DNA from: Promethearchaeota archaeon
Lineage (GTDB): Archaea; Asgardarchaeota; Hermodarchaeia; Hermodarchaeales; Hermodarchaeaceae
Direction: 5' to 3'
DNA: 32,000 nt
Assembly (NCBI GenBank): GCA_048938295.1
Contig: JBHLMI010000016.1
Span: 1-32,000 of the forward strand
Positions 31,280-32,000 of this stretch are shown here, in pieces. Position 1 is the first letter of the stretch, and each line of letters opens with the position of its first letter. Below the pieces are notes generated by a model, which worked only from the letters and a program-made list of their open reading frames with translations, was not told where the DNA came from and did not search any database. A program made the translations under genes and the position numbers.

Positions 31280-31702
31280 CTAATCAATAGTTCTACCAGA
31301 CTCCGAAAGCGGATGCCCATAACATTCAAGTTTGAAGGCTTTGTACCAGCCGAATGGGCTTTGATGCACCACGAAACCTTGTTCTTGTAAGGTCTTTAGC
31401 AGGGCTTGCAATAGCTTAACAGCGAACTTAGGTTTGGCAAGTTTTCGGGGAAAGATATGAGCGTGTGGATACAAGATAATCCTCTTCACCTTGACTCGTT
31501 GAGCCACTAACTGAATTTCTTCTGTTGCTTTTCGCACAATTTCGGATAATTGTTCTTCGTCGGTGGCTTCCACAGCGCAAAAGACAATTAAGCAGTTTTC
31601 GAATTCTTGCCATACATCCTCCTCCGCTTCATCACGAACACTGATCTTTACCGGTTCAGTTGGTTTGTAGGCTAGATTTCCGTGAAAAATTAACAAACGC
31701 AA
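31280..31702 (-). CDS. Stand-alone archaeal threonyl-tRNA synthetase editing domain
   Basis: MRLLIFH, VFCAVE..D, LYPHAHI, SPFGWYKAFKLECYGHPLSE. It stops after 140 aa with no catalytic domain. Confidence 0.85.
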   Translation of the reverse strand: MRLLIFHGNLAYKPTEPVKISVRDEAEEDVWQEFENCLIVFCAVEATDEEQLSEIVRKATEEIQLVAQRVKVKRIILYPHAHIFPRKLAKPKFAVKLLQALLKTLQEQGFVVHQSPFGWYKAFKLECYGHPLSESGRTID

Positions 31703-31719
31703 CGCATTTCACCATACTC

Positions 31720-32000
31720 TTACTTTACTTTCAGATCTTCGAGAGCATCAGATACGATTTGGAGTCCTTGGTTGACTAATGTCTTTACTCGGGTTTCAGT
31801 TTTTGCTTCTGCAAAGACACGAAAGATAGGTTCTGTTCCAGAGGGGCGGAGAAGAACCCAACCATCGGTGTATCGAAATTTGATTCCATCGATGGTGCTG
31901 CACTCCGCTTCTGAGGGGGCATATCCTTTGATGAGCTCAAGGAGGTCCTCTTTCTCCTGATGACTGCAGTGAACGCTCTCTTTAACTTGATGATAAGTGG
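31720..32000 (-). CDS. Alpha-D-phosphohexomutase (GlmM/PMM-PGM), 3' part only
   Basis: Not in the ORF track. The minus strand reads ...TIDGIKFRYTDGWVLLRPSGTEPIFRVFAEA...EDLKVK*, the domain-IV RxSGTEP motif, and runs off the window end. Confidence 0.9.
   Translation of the reverse strand, partial: TYHQVKESVHCSHQEKEDLLELIKGYAPSEAECSTIDGIKFRYTDGWVLLRPSGTEPIFRVFAEAKTETRVKTLVNQGLQIVSDALEDLKVK

Noticed and set aside
1031-31960. Numerous 60-140 aa antisense or nested ORFs in the track (e.g. 1610..1972, 5140..5469, 11475..11858, 20111..20524, 26478..26831, 31772..31960)
   Set aside because: They lie opposite or within well-supported genes and carry no recognisable motifs.
1-32000. tRNA or rRNA genes
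   Set aside because: No cloverleaf, T-loop GTTCRA context or rRNA-like stretch was found by eye in the short intergenic gaps; tRNAscan-SE would confirm.

Overview
Archaeal DNA, almost certainly from an Asgard archaeon: it encodes two Snf7/ESCRT-III proteins, a steadiness-box protein, a gelsolin-like protein and a roadblock protein, together with rpS26e, DGGGP synthase and archaeal-type AspRS/SerRS. The window has three zones. (1) 1-5.6 kb is an AT-rich accessory array of small, mostly minus-strand genes (GNAT, Cys-rich membrane protein, DUF6326-like, alpha/beta hydrolase, arginase-like, small membrane protein). It is punctuated by five degenerate copies of a ~100-130 bp intergenic element with GCGATRAC...GTTATCGC inverted boxes, and it contains a split alcohol-dehydrogenase remnant. 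(2) 5.7-13.1 kb holds probably acquired metabolic genes: an MgtA-type P-ATPase, DUF2769-like, D-aminoacylase and an orphan hisH2-hisF2-amidotransferase (AglXYZ/WbuXYZ-type) trio. (3) 13.2-32 kb is a core-like region. It contains an ESCRT-III pair with no Vps4, facing a multidomain protein (FYVE/B-box-like Zn finger, coiled coil, PH/GRAM-like domain, Vps23-like steadiness box). It also has lipid, tRNA and redox housekeeping genes, a gelsolin-roadblock-HD operon, and a solo TnpB element with a rearranged RuvC-II. All calls come from reading motifs by eye; no database searches were run. No tRNA, rRNA or CRISPR array was recognised.
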